The notes: generated from the letters alone by a model not told the origin. DNA of 64,000 nucleotides from Waterburya sp. (GCA_965217895.1 CBDCJV010000002.1:4896001-4960000), one strand, 5' to 3'. Counted from the first letter of the stretch, positions 17,890 to 28,654 are shown. Translations and numbers: made by a program.

Positions 17890-19056
17890 ATGTTTTCTAA
17901 ACTATTTCGCAGAACACCGTTAGCACTTAGACAAGTAGTGAAAGACAAGACTCGTTTAGTGGTGGCGATCGCGGGAATTGCTTTTGCAGATATCTTGATG
18001 TTTGTGCAGATGGGATTTGAAAACGCGCTTTACGATGCTGCAATTAAATCGCATTTAAGTTTACAGGCAGATTTGGTGATGATTAACCCCCAATTTCAAA
18101 CCCTATTTTCCGTCAAAGATTTTTCTCGCGATCAACTTTATCAGACATTAGGAAATCAAGCAGTCAAGTCGGTTAGTCCTGTTTATATCTCCACTGGACA
18201 ATGGCGCAATCCCGAAACGCGACAAGAAAGAGCAATATTAGTCTGGGGAATCGATCCTACTGTCAGTGCGTTTAAGTTTCCTGAAGTCGAGCAAAATCGA
18301 GATAGTTTAAAACAATTAAATCAAGTATTATTTGATCGCGCTAGTCGTCCCGAATATGGTGTAATTCCAGACTGGTTAAAACAAAAAGGTAGTGTCGAAA
18401 CTGAGATTAACGATAAAGAGATCGCTGTCAAAGGATTATTTACTCTTGGTTCGTCTTTTGCTGCGGATGGCAATATTATTACTAGCGACTCAACCTTTTT
18501 GCAAATTTTCCCCCAACGCCAAAGCGATCGCATTGATGTTGGCTTAATTAAATTAAAGCCTAAAGTCGATCCCAAACAGGTGCAGTTGCAATTAGAAGCA
18601 ATGTTACTCCATGATGTCAAAATTTTAACCCCTAAAGAATTTGCTGAAATTGAAAAACAATATTGGGCAAACGGTACAGGTATCGGCTTTATTTTTGGAC
18701 TGGGTGTAATCGTAGGTTTTATTGTCGGTATCATCATTGTCTACCAAATTCTTTACTCCGACGTTTCTCAACATCTACCTGAATACGCCACTCTCAAAGC
18801 AATGGGTTATAGCGATCGCTATTTATTATGGGTTTTGCTACAAGAAGCCTTACTTTTGGCTTTATTAGGTTATTTTCCTGGACTGCTTCTCTCTTTTGGA
18901 CTTTATCAAATTGCCTATGCTGCTACTCTACTGCCAATCATTATGAAGTTAGAAACAGCAATATCCGTTTTGATCCTAACTATAGTCATGTGTAGCGTTT
19001 CAGGGGCGATCGCGATGAAAAAACTGCGATTGGCAGATCCAGCAGATGTTTTTTAA
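17890..19056 (+). CDS. devC: DevC-family ABC exporter permease
   Basis: AIAGIAFADILMFVQMGF, YQILYSDV...EYATLKAMGY, ADPADVF. Confidence 0.88.
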   Translation: MFSKLFRRTPLALRQVVKDKTRLVVAIAGIAFADILMFVQMGFENALYDAAIKSHLSLQADLVMINPQFQTLFSVKDFSRDQLYQTLGNQAVKSVSPVYISTGQWRNPETRQERAILVWGIDPTVSAFKFPEVEQNRDSLKQLNQVLFDRASRPEYGVIPDWLKQKGSVETEINDKEIAVKGLFTLGSSFAADGNIITSDSTFLQIFPQRQSDRIDVGLIKLKPKVDPKQVQLQLEAMLLHDVKILTPKEFAEIEKQYWANGTGIGFIFGLGVIVGFIVGIIIVYQILYSDVSQHLPEYATLKAMGYSDRYLLWVLLQEALLLALLGYFPGLLLSFGLYQIAYAATLLPIIMKLETAISVLILTIVMCSVSGAIAMKKLRLADPADVF

Positions 19057-19106
19057 AAAAGTAAAAAGTAATTTTTCAGGTAGCAAGTAGCGAGTAGCAA
19101 ACTAAA

Positions 19107-19778
19107 ATGATTATTTCCATCGACAATCTCAATCACTATTTTGGTGCAGGCGCGCTTCGCAAACAGGTCTTATTCGATATCAATTTAAAGATCAAAGCAG
19201 GAGAAATTGTAATTATGACAGGGCCTTCTGGTTCTGGTAAAACTACTCTTTTGACCTTAATGGGTGGCTTGCGCTCGGCACAAGCAGGAAGTTTAAAAAT
19301 ATTAAAACAAGAAATCTACAACGCTAGTAAACGACAATTAACCCAACTTCGCCGTCAGATTGGTTATATTTTTCAAGCGCATAATTTAATGACCTTTCTA
19401 ACAGCTAAAGAAAATGTGCGTATGTCTTTAGAATTGCATAACGAAATTTCAGATCGAGATTTAGATGATAAAGCGATCGCTATCTTAGAAAAAGTTGGCT
19501 TAGAAAATCGGGTTGATTACTATCCTGAAAGTTTATCAGGAGGACAAAAGCAAAGAGTTGCGATCGCCCGCGCCCTTGTTAGTAATCCTAAAATAGTTTT
19601 AGCAGATGAACCAACTGCTGCACTAGATAAAAAATCTGGGCGGGATGTAGTAGAGTTAATGCAGCAGTTAGCTAAAGAACAAAATTGTACCATTCTTTTG
19701 GTTACACACGATAATCGTATTTTAGATATTGCCGATCGCCTTATTTATCTGGAAGATGGTCGTTTAATTCAAAATTGA
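19107..19778 (+). CDS. devA: DevA-family ABC exporter ATPase
   Basis: GPSGSGKTT, LSGGQKQRVAIARAL, ADEPTAALD. Confidence 0.9.
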   Translation: MIISIDNLNHYFGAGALRKQVLFDINLKIKAGEIVIMTGPSGSGKTTLLTLMGGLRSAQAGSLKILKQEIYNASKRQLTQLRRQIGYIFQAHNLMTFLTAKENVRMSLELHNEISDRDLDDKAIAILEKVGLENRVDYYPESLSGGQKQRVAIARALVSNPKIVLADEPTAALDKKSGRDVVELMQQLAKEQNCTILLVTHDNRILDIADRLIYLEDGRLIQN

Positions 19779-19826
19779 GTTGAGAAATATCCGTATGGAC
19801 AGCTTGGTAACTTTTATCATCAGTAT

Positions 19827-20963
19827 TTAGGCAGCAGAAGATAAATTATATTCCGCACTCACGACGCTACGATAATACTCCTGTAGCTGTCTAGTAGCAG
19901 CAGCCCAACCCCATTGTTCAGCTTCAGAGCGCGCGTTTTGACGTAATTTTTCTCTAATATTTGTCGCTGCCAATAAAGATTTGGTGGCGTTAATTGCACC
20001 ATCAGGATCATCTGGTTCAAACAAATAACCATTCACTCCATCTGTAACTATATCAGGAATACCGCCCGACCGAGCAGCCACTACAGGACAACCCGCAGCC
20101 ATTGCTTCGAGTAAAACTAAGCCTAGGGTTTCGGTGCGGGAAGGGAATACAAAAGCATCAGCAGAAGCAAAAGCTGAGGCTAATTCTAATCCTTGTAAAT
20201 AACCTACAAAGTTAGTCTTTGTGCCTGCAAAGTGTGCCTCTAATGACTTTTTGCTAGGACCATCTCCAACTATAGCTAAACGAGCTTCGGGAATGGCTTC
20301 AAGTACAGGCTTGATCCGATCAATCTGCTTTTCGGCTGAGACTCGACCAACATAGAGCAATAAAGGAGCTTCAGGGTTTCCTTGAGATAGACGCGATCGC
20401 ATTTGGGCAGAAGCTAAATGAGGCTGAAACATTTCTGTATCTACCCCCCGTTGCCATAGATCTACCCTTTTAATGCCGTGATTGACTAATTCTTTGACCA
20501 TCACGCTAGAGGTACAAAGATTCAATCTAGCTTTGTTATGAGCAGCTTTTAGTAATTCCCACAGCAGTCCTTCTAAAGCACCTAAACCGTAATGCTGAAG
20601 ATATTGAGGTAAATGAGTATGATAAGAAGCTACTAAAGGTATGTTCATAGTTTTAGCGTAATAAATACCGCCCACTCCTAAAAATGCAGGATTTACTACA
20701 TGGATCAAGTCTGGCTGAAACTCTTCGAGCGCATTTTTGGTTCCAATAGGAGGCAAAGCTAATTTGAGTTCTGGATATAAAGGCAGAGGAACACCTCGCA
20801 CACCATATACTTTTGCTCCTTTATATTCTGTTAAACCACCTTCTGGCGCAACTACTAAAACGCGATCGCCATTTCTTTCTAAATGTTCAATTGTATGTCT
20901 AAGACGAGTAACAATACCATCAACCTTTGGTAAAAACGTTTCTGTAAACAGGGCAATACGCAT
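19827..20963 (-). CDS. sqdX: sulfoquinovosyltransferase (GT4)
   Basis: MRIALFTETFLPKVDGIVTRL, PSRTETLGLVLLEAMAAG. Confidence 0.85.
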   Translation of the reverse strand: MRIALFTETFLPKVDGIVTRLRHTIEHLERNGDRVLVVAPEGGLTEYKGAKVYGVRGVPLPLYPELKLALPPIGTKNALEEFQPDLIHVVNPAFLGVGGIYYAKTMNIPLVASYHTHLPQYLQHYGLGALEGLLWELLKAAHNKARLNLCTSSVMVKELVNHGIKRVDLWQRGVDTEMFQPHLASAQMRSRLSQGNPEAPLLLYVGRVSAEKQIDRIKPVLEAIPEARLAIVGDGPSKKSLEAHFAGTKTNFVGYLQGLELASAFASADAFVFPSRTETLGLVLLEAMAAGCPVVAARSGGIPDIVTDGVNGYLFEPDDPDGAINATKSLLAATNIREKLRQNARSEAEQWGWAAATRQLQEYYRSVVSAEYNLSSAA

Positions 20964-20983
20964 AATTTGTCAATTATAAATAG

Positions 20984-21036
20984 AGTCACAGATTACTCCG
21001 CCCTAAACGGACGGAGCCTGCTGTGACCGTTGGTCA
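20984..21036. repeat. 53-bp hairpin repeat, copy 2
   Basis: Near-identical to 14307..14359. Confidence 0.85.
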
Positions 21037-21244
21037 GTCCAGAGTAGAAGATAATTTAGTAATATCAGTAATACTGTAGATTGCAATTTTAATCTTGATT
21101 AAGATTTTACAGCTAATTTTGGCGAGATATGCTAACAATTTCTTATATTTTCATTAATTGCCTTAACAAAGCAAAAACTGCTGCCGAGAAAAACCAGAAC
21201 AGGTTAGTATTTTTCAATAACTCTTAAAGTTTTGATACGGATTT

Positions 21245-21610
21245 ATGTCGATCAAGAAAAATTTATTACCGACAGAAATTATTCTGACACCTGCTCGTCA
21301 ATGTATTGCCAAGCTTAATATCGATCGCCGACTTCAGCCAGGCGGCTATATGGATTATGAGGGTAAAACCTATGCTATCCTCGAACGTCATCACTTTTAT
21401 CAATATCGGGTAGGGGGCTATCGTTTTAATAAAGCCACTCTTCATGTCCAAGAATCAACCAGACCAGAAGAAACTACTTTAATTGGCGATCGCTATGTAG
21501 TTGGTAACGCTAACTGTCGCTTTAATGCTCGCTCAGAAATTATGCGCTGTGCGGTTGTCCCTGAAGGTCCTTGTAAGGGATGTCGTTATTTTGAACCAAT
21601 CGATAATTAG
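21245..21610 (+). CDS. DUF6464-like cyanobacterial protein
   Basis: ERHHFYQY...GNANCRFNARSEIMRCAVVPEGPCKGCRYFE. Confidence 0.75.
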   Translation: MSIKKNLLPTEIILTPARQCIAKLNIDRRLQPGGYMDYEGKTYAILERHHFYQYRVGGYRFNKATLHVQESTRPEETTLIGDRYVVGNANCRFNARSEIMRCAVVPEGPCKGCRYFEPIDN

Positions 21611-21640
21611 CTGATGTTACGTACTCATCGATCTGTAAGA

Positions 21641-21770
21641 TTTGGAGACTTGGGGACTTGGGGGCTTGGAGACTGGGGGAAAGAATTTGCTACCTGCGTA
21701 GTTGCCCCTCGTCTCCTGTTCTCTCCGTCTCCTCGTCTTCCGCTTCCCCCGTCACCTCGTCGCCTCGTCA
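21641..21770. repeat. degenerate octamer tandem repeats between convergent genes
   Basis: (TTGGAGAC/TTGGGGAC)n followed by (CTCGTCTC/CCCGTCAC)n. Confidence 0.7.
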
Positions 21771-21776
21771 CAGCAG

Positions 21777-22943
21777 TTAGATTAAATGCGTAACATTAGT
21801 AATTAAATTAAGTCTCGTCCAAGATAATTTTTGTTGTTTGTCCCAATGCCAATGCAGCAGGTTAGCTGGTTGTCCAATACCAATTCCTGATAAATTAATT
21901 GCTTTGCGGGGAGATTCTGTTGCCATGGCGATCGCTTTTCCGACATCGCAACCCCACTTAACTAAATTGGCTACGCCGACTAATAAAGGTAAAGCTGTAC
22001 CTGATAATGTACCATCAGGTAATCGAGCGATGCCCTCTTTAACGGTAATCTTGCGCTCATCCCAGGGATAATCCCCGTCAGGTAAACCCATGGGAGATAG
22101 AGCATCGCTGACTAAAAAGATTCCTTGGTCATAATTACTAGCTTTTAGAATAAGTTCTAGCATTGTTGGACAAACATGATTGCCATCAGCAATTAAACCG
22201 CAATATATATGAGGATTGACAATCGCTTCGCCTAATAGTCCTGGTTGGCGATGGTGCAGAATAGGCATGGCATTAAAAGCATGAGTCACCATTGATGCAC
22301 CCCGATCAAAGGCTGTTTTTGCTTGGCTAGCTGTAGCTAGAGAATGCCCCAGACTAACGATAATATTTTGTTCTGTTAGATAATTAATTGCTGTTCGGCT
22401 GCTGTCTAATTCTGGTGCTAGAGTCATCACCTTAACAACGTGGCTGTAGTTTCCCAAAACTCTTTTAAGATTAGCAATAGTTAAAGGCAATAAATATTGC
22501 TCTGGATGTGCGCCTCGTTTTTGATAGTTTAAAAATGGCCCTTCTAAATGAACTCCTAAAACTTGTGCCATATTTTGTAAATGATCTTGGTTTGCCATAA
22601 ATTGAGCTATGGTAGCTAGCGATCGCTGTATTTTATCAACCGCCGTGGTCACAATAGTTGGTAGAAAGCCATCTATCCCTTGCTGCCAGAGGAAGTCACA
22701 GATTTGTTTTAATTTGGGTAAATCTTTTGCTTCTAGATCGCTAAAAGCTAAACCCAAGCCTCCATTAATTTGTAAATCTACTCCTCCCAAGGACAGCCAA
22801 TCGCCATTTAAATCAATGACTGACGTTGCTTTACAGGCTAGCTGAGGAGCAATCTCTGCTATTTTTCTATCTTTAATAGCAATTTGTTGTAGAGTCTGAT
22901 ATCCAGCAAGACGGGCATTAACAATTAATTGGCTGACTGTCAT
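21777..22943 (-). CDS. nagA: N-acetylglucosamine-6-phosphate deacetylase
   Basis: HLEGPFL, TLAPE, SLGHS, THAFNAM, IADGNH, VSDA. Confidence 0.93.
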   Translation of the reverse strand: MTVSQLIVNARLAGYQTLQQIAIKDRKIAEIAPQLACKATSVIDLNGDWLSLGGVDLQINGGLGLAFSDLEAKDLPKLKQICDFLWQQGIDGFLPTIVTTAVDKIQRSLATIAQFMANQDHLQNMAQVLGVHLEGPFLNYQKRGAHPEQYLLPLTIANLKRVLGNYSHVVKVMTLAPELDSSRTAINYLTEQNIIVSLGHSLATASQAKTAFDRGASMVTHAFNAMPILHHRQPGLLGEAIVNPHIYCGLIADGNHVCPTMLELILKASNYDQGIFLVSDALSPMGLPDGDYPWDERKITVKEGIARLPDGTLSGTALPLLVGVANLVKWGCDVGKAIAMATESPRKAINLSGIGIGQPANLLHWHWDKQQKLSWTRLNLITNVTHLI

Positions 22944-23025
22944 TTATGGCGTTGCTTTTTTTATTTAATATTAATAAAGGTTGCCAAACAAGATAAAATA
23001 CATAATTCAGAATTGGTAGAAAATA

Positions 23026-23550
23026 TTGACTGAAACTACGCCGTTAATTGGAATTATTATGGGCAGTGATTCTGATTTGCCGACGATGGAAAAAGCGATC
23101 GCTGTTTGTGAGGATTTTAATGTTGCTCATGAAGTAGCCATCATTTCTGCCCATCGGACTCCAGAGAGAATGGTTGGTTATGCCCGTAATGCCCACCAAA
23201 AAGGGATCAAGGTGATTATTGCTGGTGCTGGAGGTGCAGCGCATTTGCCAGGAATGGTAGCGTCTCTCACTCCTTTGCCCGTTATAGGCGTTCCCGTTAC
23301 TACTCTTCAATTAAATGGAGTAGACTCTTTGTATTCTATTGTGCAAATGCCTAGAGGTATTCCTGTTGCTACGGTCGCTATTGGCAATGCTCAAAATGCA
23401 GGATTATTAGCCGTGCAAATTTTGGCCACTGGCGATCGCCAACTACAAAAAAAAGTAGAGCAGTATCGGCAAAGTCTAGCGCAAACCGTGCTTGACAAAC
23501 AAGATCGGCTTGATAGATTAGGATACCAAACATATCTCAAAGAAATGTAA
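23026..23550 (+). CDS. purE: N5-CAIR mutase
   Basis: IIMGSDSDL, SAHRTP, AGAGGAAHLPGM, SIVQMP. Confidence 0.97.
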   Translation: MTETTPLIGIIMGSDSDLPTMEKAIAVCEDFNVAHEVAIISAHRTPERMVGYARNAHQKGIKVIIAGAGGAAHLPGMVASLTPLPVIGVPVTTLQLNGVDSLYSIVQMPRGIPVATVAIGNAQNAGLLAVQILATGDRQLQKKVEQYRQSLAQTVLDKQDRLDRLGYQTYLKEM

Positions 23551-23750
23551 AAGTTACCGATTCTTGTTTATGGCTTGTTCTTGTAGAATTAAACCGTATG
23601 TTCAATATTAGCTAATAAAAAAATTAGTTTTTAAATGAGAAATCAGCAGAAAAACTTTACATTTCTTTACCATAGCTAAGAATTGGTGTAAACTACCTGA
23701 GAAATGTCATATATCAAATTATATCAAAAGTAAGAGGAGCAAAGGAAAAG

Positions 23751-24623
23751 ATGCAGTCGGTTCAGACACTGCGAACAGTACCAAGAGAGTATTTAAAAGC
23801 TCCTGGTGGATTCAATCCTAATGTGTTGATGGTGATTGCAGCGATTATGTTGCTAACTATCTCGACCACTGGTTATTTTCGCTGGGGATTCCCAGCTTGG
23901 TGTTGTTTTATAGCTAATGTCCTAGCATTACATTTGTCAGGAACGGTTATTCACGACGCTTCTCATAATAGCGCCCACAACAATCGTATAATTAATTCTA
24001 TCTTGGGACATTGTAGTGCTTTGATGCTGGGTTTTGCTTTCCCTGTGTTTACCAGAGTGCATCTGCAACACCACGCTCACGTAAATGATCCTGAAAACGA
24101 CCCCGATCACTTTGTTTCTACTGGTGGTCCATTATGGCTTATTGCTGCCCGTTTTTTCTATCATGAGTTTTTTTTCTTTCAAAGAAAACTATGGCGCAAA
24201 TATGAATTGCTCGAATGGTTGCTCAGCAGATTGTTTCTCGTTGCTATAGTTGCTCTAGGGATTCATTATGACTTCATCGGTTATGTAATGAACTTTTGGT
24301 TTGTACCAGCAATGGTAGTGGGGATGGCATTGGGTTTGTTTTTTGATTATCTACCCCATCGTCCGTTTCAAGAACGCGATCGCTGGAAAAATTCGCGAGT
24401 TTATCCTAGTGCAGTTTTAAATTTGCTTATTTTGGGGCAAAACTATCATTTAATTCATCATTTATGGCCTTCTATTCCTTGGTATAAGTATCAGGCAGCT
24501 TATTACGAAACTAAGTCCTTACTAGATGCTAAAGGCTGTGAGCAATCTTTAGGTCTTTGGAATAAAAACTTTTTTAGCTTTTTATACGATATATTTTTAG
24601 GAATTCGCTTTCGTAAACATTGA
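23751..24623 (+). CDS. crtR: beta-carotene hydroxylase
   Basis: HDASH, HLQHH, HLIHH His boxes; APGGFNPN N-terminus. Confidence 0.92.
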   Translation: MQSVQTLRTVPREYLKAPGGFNPNVLMVIAAIMLLTISTTGYFRWGFPAWCCFIANVLALHLSGTVIHDASHNSAHNNRIINSILGHCSALMLGFAFPVFTRVHLQHHAHVNDPENDPDHFVSTGGPLWLIAARFFYHEFFFFQRKLWRKYELLEWLLSRLFLVAIVALGIHYDFIGYVMNFWFVPAMVVGMALGLFFDYLPHRPFQERDRWKNSRVYPSAVLNLLILGQNYHLIHHLWPSIPWYKYQAAYYETKSLLDAKGCEQSLGLWNKNFFSFLYDIFLGIRFRKH

Positions 24624-24654
24624 GATTAGCTCTTAGCTTTTAGCTTTCATAGTT

Positions 24655-25587
24655 TTGCAGAGCAAAATGGACGATAAGTTTAAATTTAAATTTGATATTT
24701 ATCAACGTCGTTTTAAGCAACCCTTACATACTAGTCATGGTCTTTGGCAAATACGTGAGGGTATTGTTGTTAGCCTAGAAGATTCAACAGGCATTGCTCA
24801 AGGAGAAATTGCTCCTTTGCCTTCTTTTGGCTCAGAAACTATGTCTCAAGCTTTAAGTTTCTGTCAGCAGTTGGGAGATACGGTTAGTGTTAAAGATATT
24901 TTAAGTATTAGCGATCGCCTGCAATGCTGTCAATTTGCTTTTGAGTCAGCCTTACTAAACCTAAAGCAGCCTTTAGAACTAGCTGAATATACTAACTATA
25001 ATCTTGATTATTGTTATCTTTTACCCGCAGGCGATCGAGCTTTAACAAGCTGGCAGTCAATTTATCAGGCTCAATCAAATTCTACCTTTAAGTGGAAAAT
25101 TGGCGTGTATCCTTTGGCAACAGAAATTGAAATTTTAAAACAATTAGTTGCTAGTTTTCCCTCACATATTAAATTAAGACTTGATGCTAATGGAGGGTTG
25201 GATTTAACTCAGGCAAAAGCCTGGTTAGCAGTGACAGATAAATTACCAGCGATTGAATTTGTAGAACAGCCACTACCCTCTGACTGTTTTACTGAAATCT
25301 TAAAATTAAGCCAAGAATACAATACCCGAATAGCATTAGATGAATCTGTTGCTAGCTTTGCCAAACTCCAGCAAGCATATAAGCAAAAATGGCGAGGAGT
25401 GTTTGTCATTAAAGCAGCAATTATGGGTTTTCCTAGCAGAATTGAAGAGTTTTGTATCAGCAACTCTTTAGATATTGTCTTGTCCTCAGTATTTGAAACC
25501 AATGTCGGACGTAGTGCAGCGATCAAGCTTGCTCATAGATTAAATCATCCTCGTGCAGTAGGTTTTGGCATCGACCATTTTTACTAG
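24655..25587 (+). CDS. menC: o-succinylbenzoate synthase
   Basis: GEIAPL, FKWKIG, RLDANG, EQPL, LDES, SSVFET. Confidence 0.9.
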   Translation: MQSKMDDKFKFKFDIYQRRFKQPLHTSHGLWQIREGIVVSLEDSTGIAQGEIAPLPSFGSETMSQALSFCQQLGDTVSVKDILSISDRLQCCQFAFESALLNLKQPLELAEYTNYNLDYCYLLPAGDRALTSWQSIYQAQSNSTFKWKIGVYPLATEIEILKQLVASFPSHIKLRLDANGGLDLTQAKAWLAVTDKLPAIEFVEQPLPSDCFTEILKLSQEYNTRIALDESVASFAKLQQAYKQKWRGVFVIKAAIMGFPSRIEEFCISNSLDIVLSSVFETNVGRSAAIKLAHRLNHPRAVGFGIDHFY

Positions 25588-25663
25588 CTTACTAAGCTTA
25601 TTTAATTAGTAGACGTGGGCGTAAGCAATCATTTATTTAACTTAAAATCCCGACGATATCTAA

Positions 25664-25778
25664 TATAGCCGTACAAAATTAGATTAGGACAACGAGACTG
25701 ATTGGTTCGTAAGTAAAAAGTAAAAAGTAAAAAGTAGCAATTTAACCAAACGTCCTAACGTTCGTACGTAATGCTATA
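25664..25778. mobile_element. MITE-like element (TATAGC...GCTATA)
   Basis: Terminal and internal inverted repeats (TTAGGAC/GTCCTAA), internal AGTAAAA heptamers. Confidence 0.6.
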
Positions 25779-25808
25779 CCAAATGGAAAATAATTGGTAA
25801 TGCTATAC

Positions 25809-26744
25809 TTACCGAGCAAGTTGGGCTAAAATACTCGATTCTGGAAAAGTCATTTTTGGACTTTCTTCGAGCAAATAGTTTAAAAATGTTTCGGCAATCA
25901 CCGAAAGTTTTTTGCCTGTTAAATGAGATACAAACCAACGCCTTTTGATGGGAAAATTTTGGAAATCCAAAATAGTCAACTCGCCTAATATTCTCTCAGA
26001 AATGAGACAGTGTTCTGAAAGGATTGATATGCCTAATCCTCCTGCGATCGCCTGTTTAATCGCTTCATTACTGCCCAACTCTAGCTTGACCTTTACAGCA
26101 ATGTCATGCTGACTAAATAGCTCGAAAATTGCTTCTCTAGTTCCTGAACCTTTTTCTCTCATAACAAAAGACTGATGGTTTAATTCAGTCAAACTAATAT
26201 TTTTTTGCCCTGCTAAGGGGTGATCTTTCCTAGCGATAACAACTAAAGGATTGTTCAAAAACGGCTTACTGATTAGGTCAATATCTCGATTAGGATTACT
26301 AACTATATACAAATCATCTTTATTGTCTAGCATTCGCTGCTGAATTTCCTGATGGTTAGTTACTTGAAGTGCCACATCAACACCAGGATAATGCTGACAA
26401 AAAGAACCAAGCAGCCTGGGAACAAAATACTTGGCGGTTGTAATTACCCCCAGATTTAACTGTCCTTCTTTAGTGCCTTTGAGATCTGCCACCTTCATCT
26501 GAAAATTATTTAGCTTCTCAAAAACATCTTGGCAAGTAATGAGTAACTCTCTACCAGCATCAGTTAAGTAGAGGCTTTTACCTATTTGCTCAAATAAAGG
26601 CAAGCCGACAGCCTTAGTCAATTGCTTTACTTGGCTAGAAACAGTGGGTTGAGTAATTAGTAATTCCTCGGCTGCACGAGTAAAGCTGCCATTGCGTGCT
26701 ACCGTCTCAAATACCTTTAACTGATGCAGGGTTGCTGGAATCAA
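25809..26744 (-). CDS. ndhR: LysR regulator NdhR/CcmR type (TTG start 26744 after GAGGAGG; ORF track starts at 26798)
   Basis: ATLHQLKVFE...GSFTRAAEEL-ITQPTVSSQ...ITTAKYF-PRLLG...DDLYIVS. Confidence 0.75.
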   Translation of the reverse strand: MIPATLHQLKVFETVARNGSFTRAAEELLITQPTVSSQVKQLTKAVGLPLFEQIGKSLYLTDAGRELLITCQDVFEKLNNFQMKVADLKGTKEGQLNLGVITTAKYFVPRLLGSFCQHYPGVDVALQVTNHQEIQQRMLDNKDDLYIVSNPNRDIDLISKPFLNNPLVVIARKDHPLAGQKNISLTELNHQSFVMREKGSGTREAIFELFSQHDIAVKVKLELGSNEAIKQAIAGGLGISILSEHCLISERILGELTILDFQNFPIKRRWFVSHLTGKKLSVIAETFLNYLLEESPKMTFPESSILAQLAR

Positions 26745-27040
26745 GAACCGATCCTCCTCAATGGTAATTAAATGCTTATCTGCTTTAATCATATACAAAA
26801 GTCAATGTTTTGTAAAAAGATCATAATCAATTCTATATAAACATTTTAAATTAGTAAGTTTCTGTTTACTTATAGCAATGGGTACTTATAGTAATGGATA
26901 CTTATTTCTCTTCTCTTAAAGCAGGTAAGGTAAAATAAGAAAGAAAGCTAGAAACCTAGACAGAGAGTATGGTTAAATCTCGTTCGCCTTGAACAACAGT
27001 TTAATGTGTAGATACTTACTGTGAATTATACAGAGATTTA

Positions 27041-28654
27041 TTAAGACAGAGATTTGTCAATGATAATCGAGCGTATTTCTTGTCGATATTGTTTTAGTCG
27101 CTCGATCTGTAGGCGATCGCTTTCAATTGTTTTTTTTACCTCGGCTAGTTTTTCGTTGGCAGTTTCGGCGATCGTCTCAATTTGCTGTTGATAATATCTA
27201 GTTTCTTCATCCACCGCAGCAATCAGATCCCGCGTAACTTTATCTGCTGATAAGCGAATCAATATTTGGTACTTATTATCTAATGTTCGCTTTAATTCTT
27301 TACTTTGCTGTTTTAGTTTATTTGTTTTGGCATCTTGTCCTGTAAATAGATTTATAAACTGAAAAATTATAATTACAAAGCCAATCAATAGACCTTCACC
27401 TGATAGAAACCTAGTAACGAGATAAATCATTAAGCCTATGCTAGCAAACATAAACAACCTGAACCATTTACCTTGACAAAAGTGATAGTCAAAGGTTAGT
27501 TTGCTTCCTGCTTCTAAGATTGGTAAGTAAGCCAAATTAGATAACTCAAATTTAGGTGCAACAACTTTGGGTTTTATCTTCACATCGGCTAAGTGACCTA
27601 TAGATTGAAGCTCTACTGCTATTTGCGATCGCAGTTTTTTCAAGCCTCCATTAGCATAAATATTATTGCATCTATGCCATTCTTGCTCTAGATAGTTTTG
27701 AAATTTATCTTGATAAAAATCAGCTAGATATAAACAAAGCTGTGACTCGATATTATTATTTTTAACAATCGGTAATAAATAGGTATTCTTTGCTTCTTTG
27801 ATTATTTTTATTTTTGATTTATGAATAATTTCTTGTGTTGACCAAATCAAATTGTCCTGGACAAAAGGATTGATTAAAATAGCCTTGTTGTGATTTATTT
27901 CTTGCTTGATTATTTGTAAAATGTGCTGTTGCTTTTTATTGACTTTAGGAATTAGCTGATTAACTTGTTGCTGAGATTCGACTCCTTCTTGGCAATATAG
28001 TTCCTGTGATGCTCTGATTGACTGCCATTTTTGTTGATTAGCAACTTTAATACTTTTATCAATATTTCTAATTAGCTTTTGAGATAATCTTGTTTCTAAT
28101 TTAACTAAAGCTGCGGTCAATAACTGACCCAAATTGTACTTATATTGCTCAACACAAGCAGGATCTGTAACCACTAAAAAATTATCTAAAAGAAAGATAA
28201 TTTCTGACGGAAATGTATAAGATTGCTGTTTGAGCCAACTGTTTATATCTGCCTGACTATCATCGATTATAATTATTGCTATGCCAATATTTTTGGCAAG
28301 TGATTTTTCAATTAACTTTTTTTTAGCTGAGATTTGTTCATGGCGATCGCATACGAGGAAAATAAATTCGCAACCCTGTAAAATCTGCTGAATTTTTACA
28401 TCTGGGGGAATTATTTGTAGCTGATATTGCTGTTTGAGATTTACATCTTGTTCGCTAATGTCTTTTAGCTGCTTTGATAAAGATGTGTTGCAACTAACTA
28501 ATTTTATTTTTGGCTTGCTGTGAGCTAATCGATCGATAAGAGTATCTATTTCGGTAATTAAATCTAGGTAAACCGCTTTTTGCTCGACTTTTGTAGCTAG
28601 ATGTTCCTTTGCTCTAGTTAATTTTGGTGATAAACTGGATTCGATAGACTGCAT
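27041..28654 (-). CDS. hypothetical coiled-coil protein with hydrophobic hairpin
   Basis: 537 aa, helical, with two hydrophobic segments near residues 400-435 followed by a coiled coil. Confidence 0.65.
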   Translation of the reverse strand: MQSIESSLSPKLTRAKEHLATKVEQKAVYLDLITEIDTLIDRLAHSKPKIKLVSCNTSLSKQLKDISEQDVNLKQQYQLQIIPPDVKIQQILQGCEFIFLVCDRHEQISAKKKLIEKSLAKNIGIAIIIIDDSQADINSWLKQQSYTFPSEIIFLLDNFLVVTDPACVEQYKYNLGQLLTAALVKLETRLSQKLIRNIDKSIKVANQQKWQSIRASQELYCQEGVESQQQVNQLIPKVNKKQQHILQIIKQEINHNKAILINPFVQDNLIWSTQEIIHKSKIKIIKEAKNTYLLPIVKNNNIESQLCLYLADFYQDKFQNYLEQEWHRCNNIYANGGLKKLRSQIAVELQSIGHLADVKIKPKVVAPKFELSNLAYLPILEAGSKLTFDYHFCQGKWFRLFMFASIGLMIYLVTRFLSGEGLLIGFVIIIFQFINLFTGQDAKTNKLKQQSKELKRTLDNKYQILIRLSADKVTRDLIAAVDEETRYYQQQIETIAETANEKLAEVKKTIESDRLQIERLKQYRQEIRSIIIDKSLS

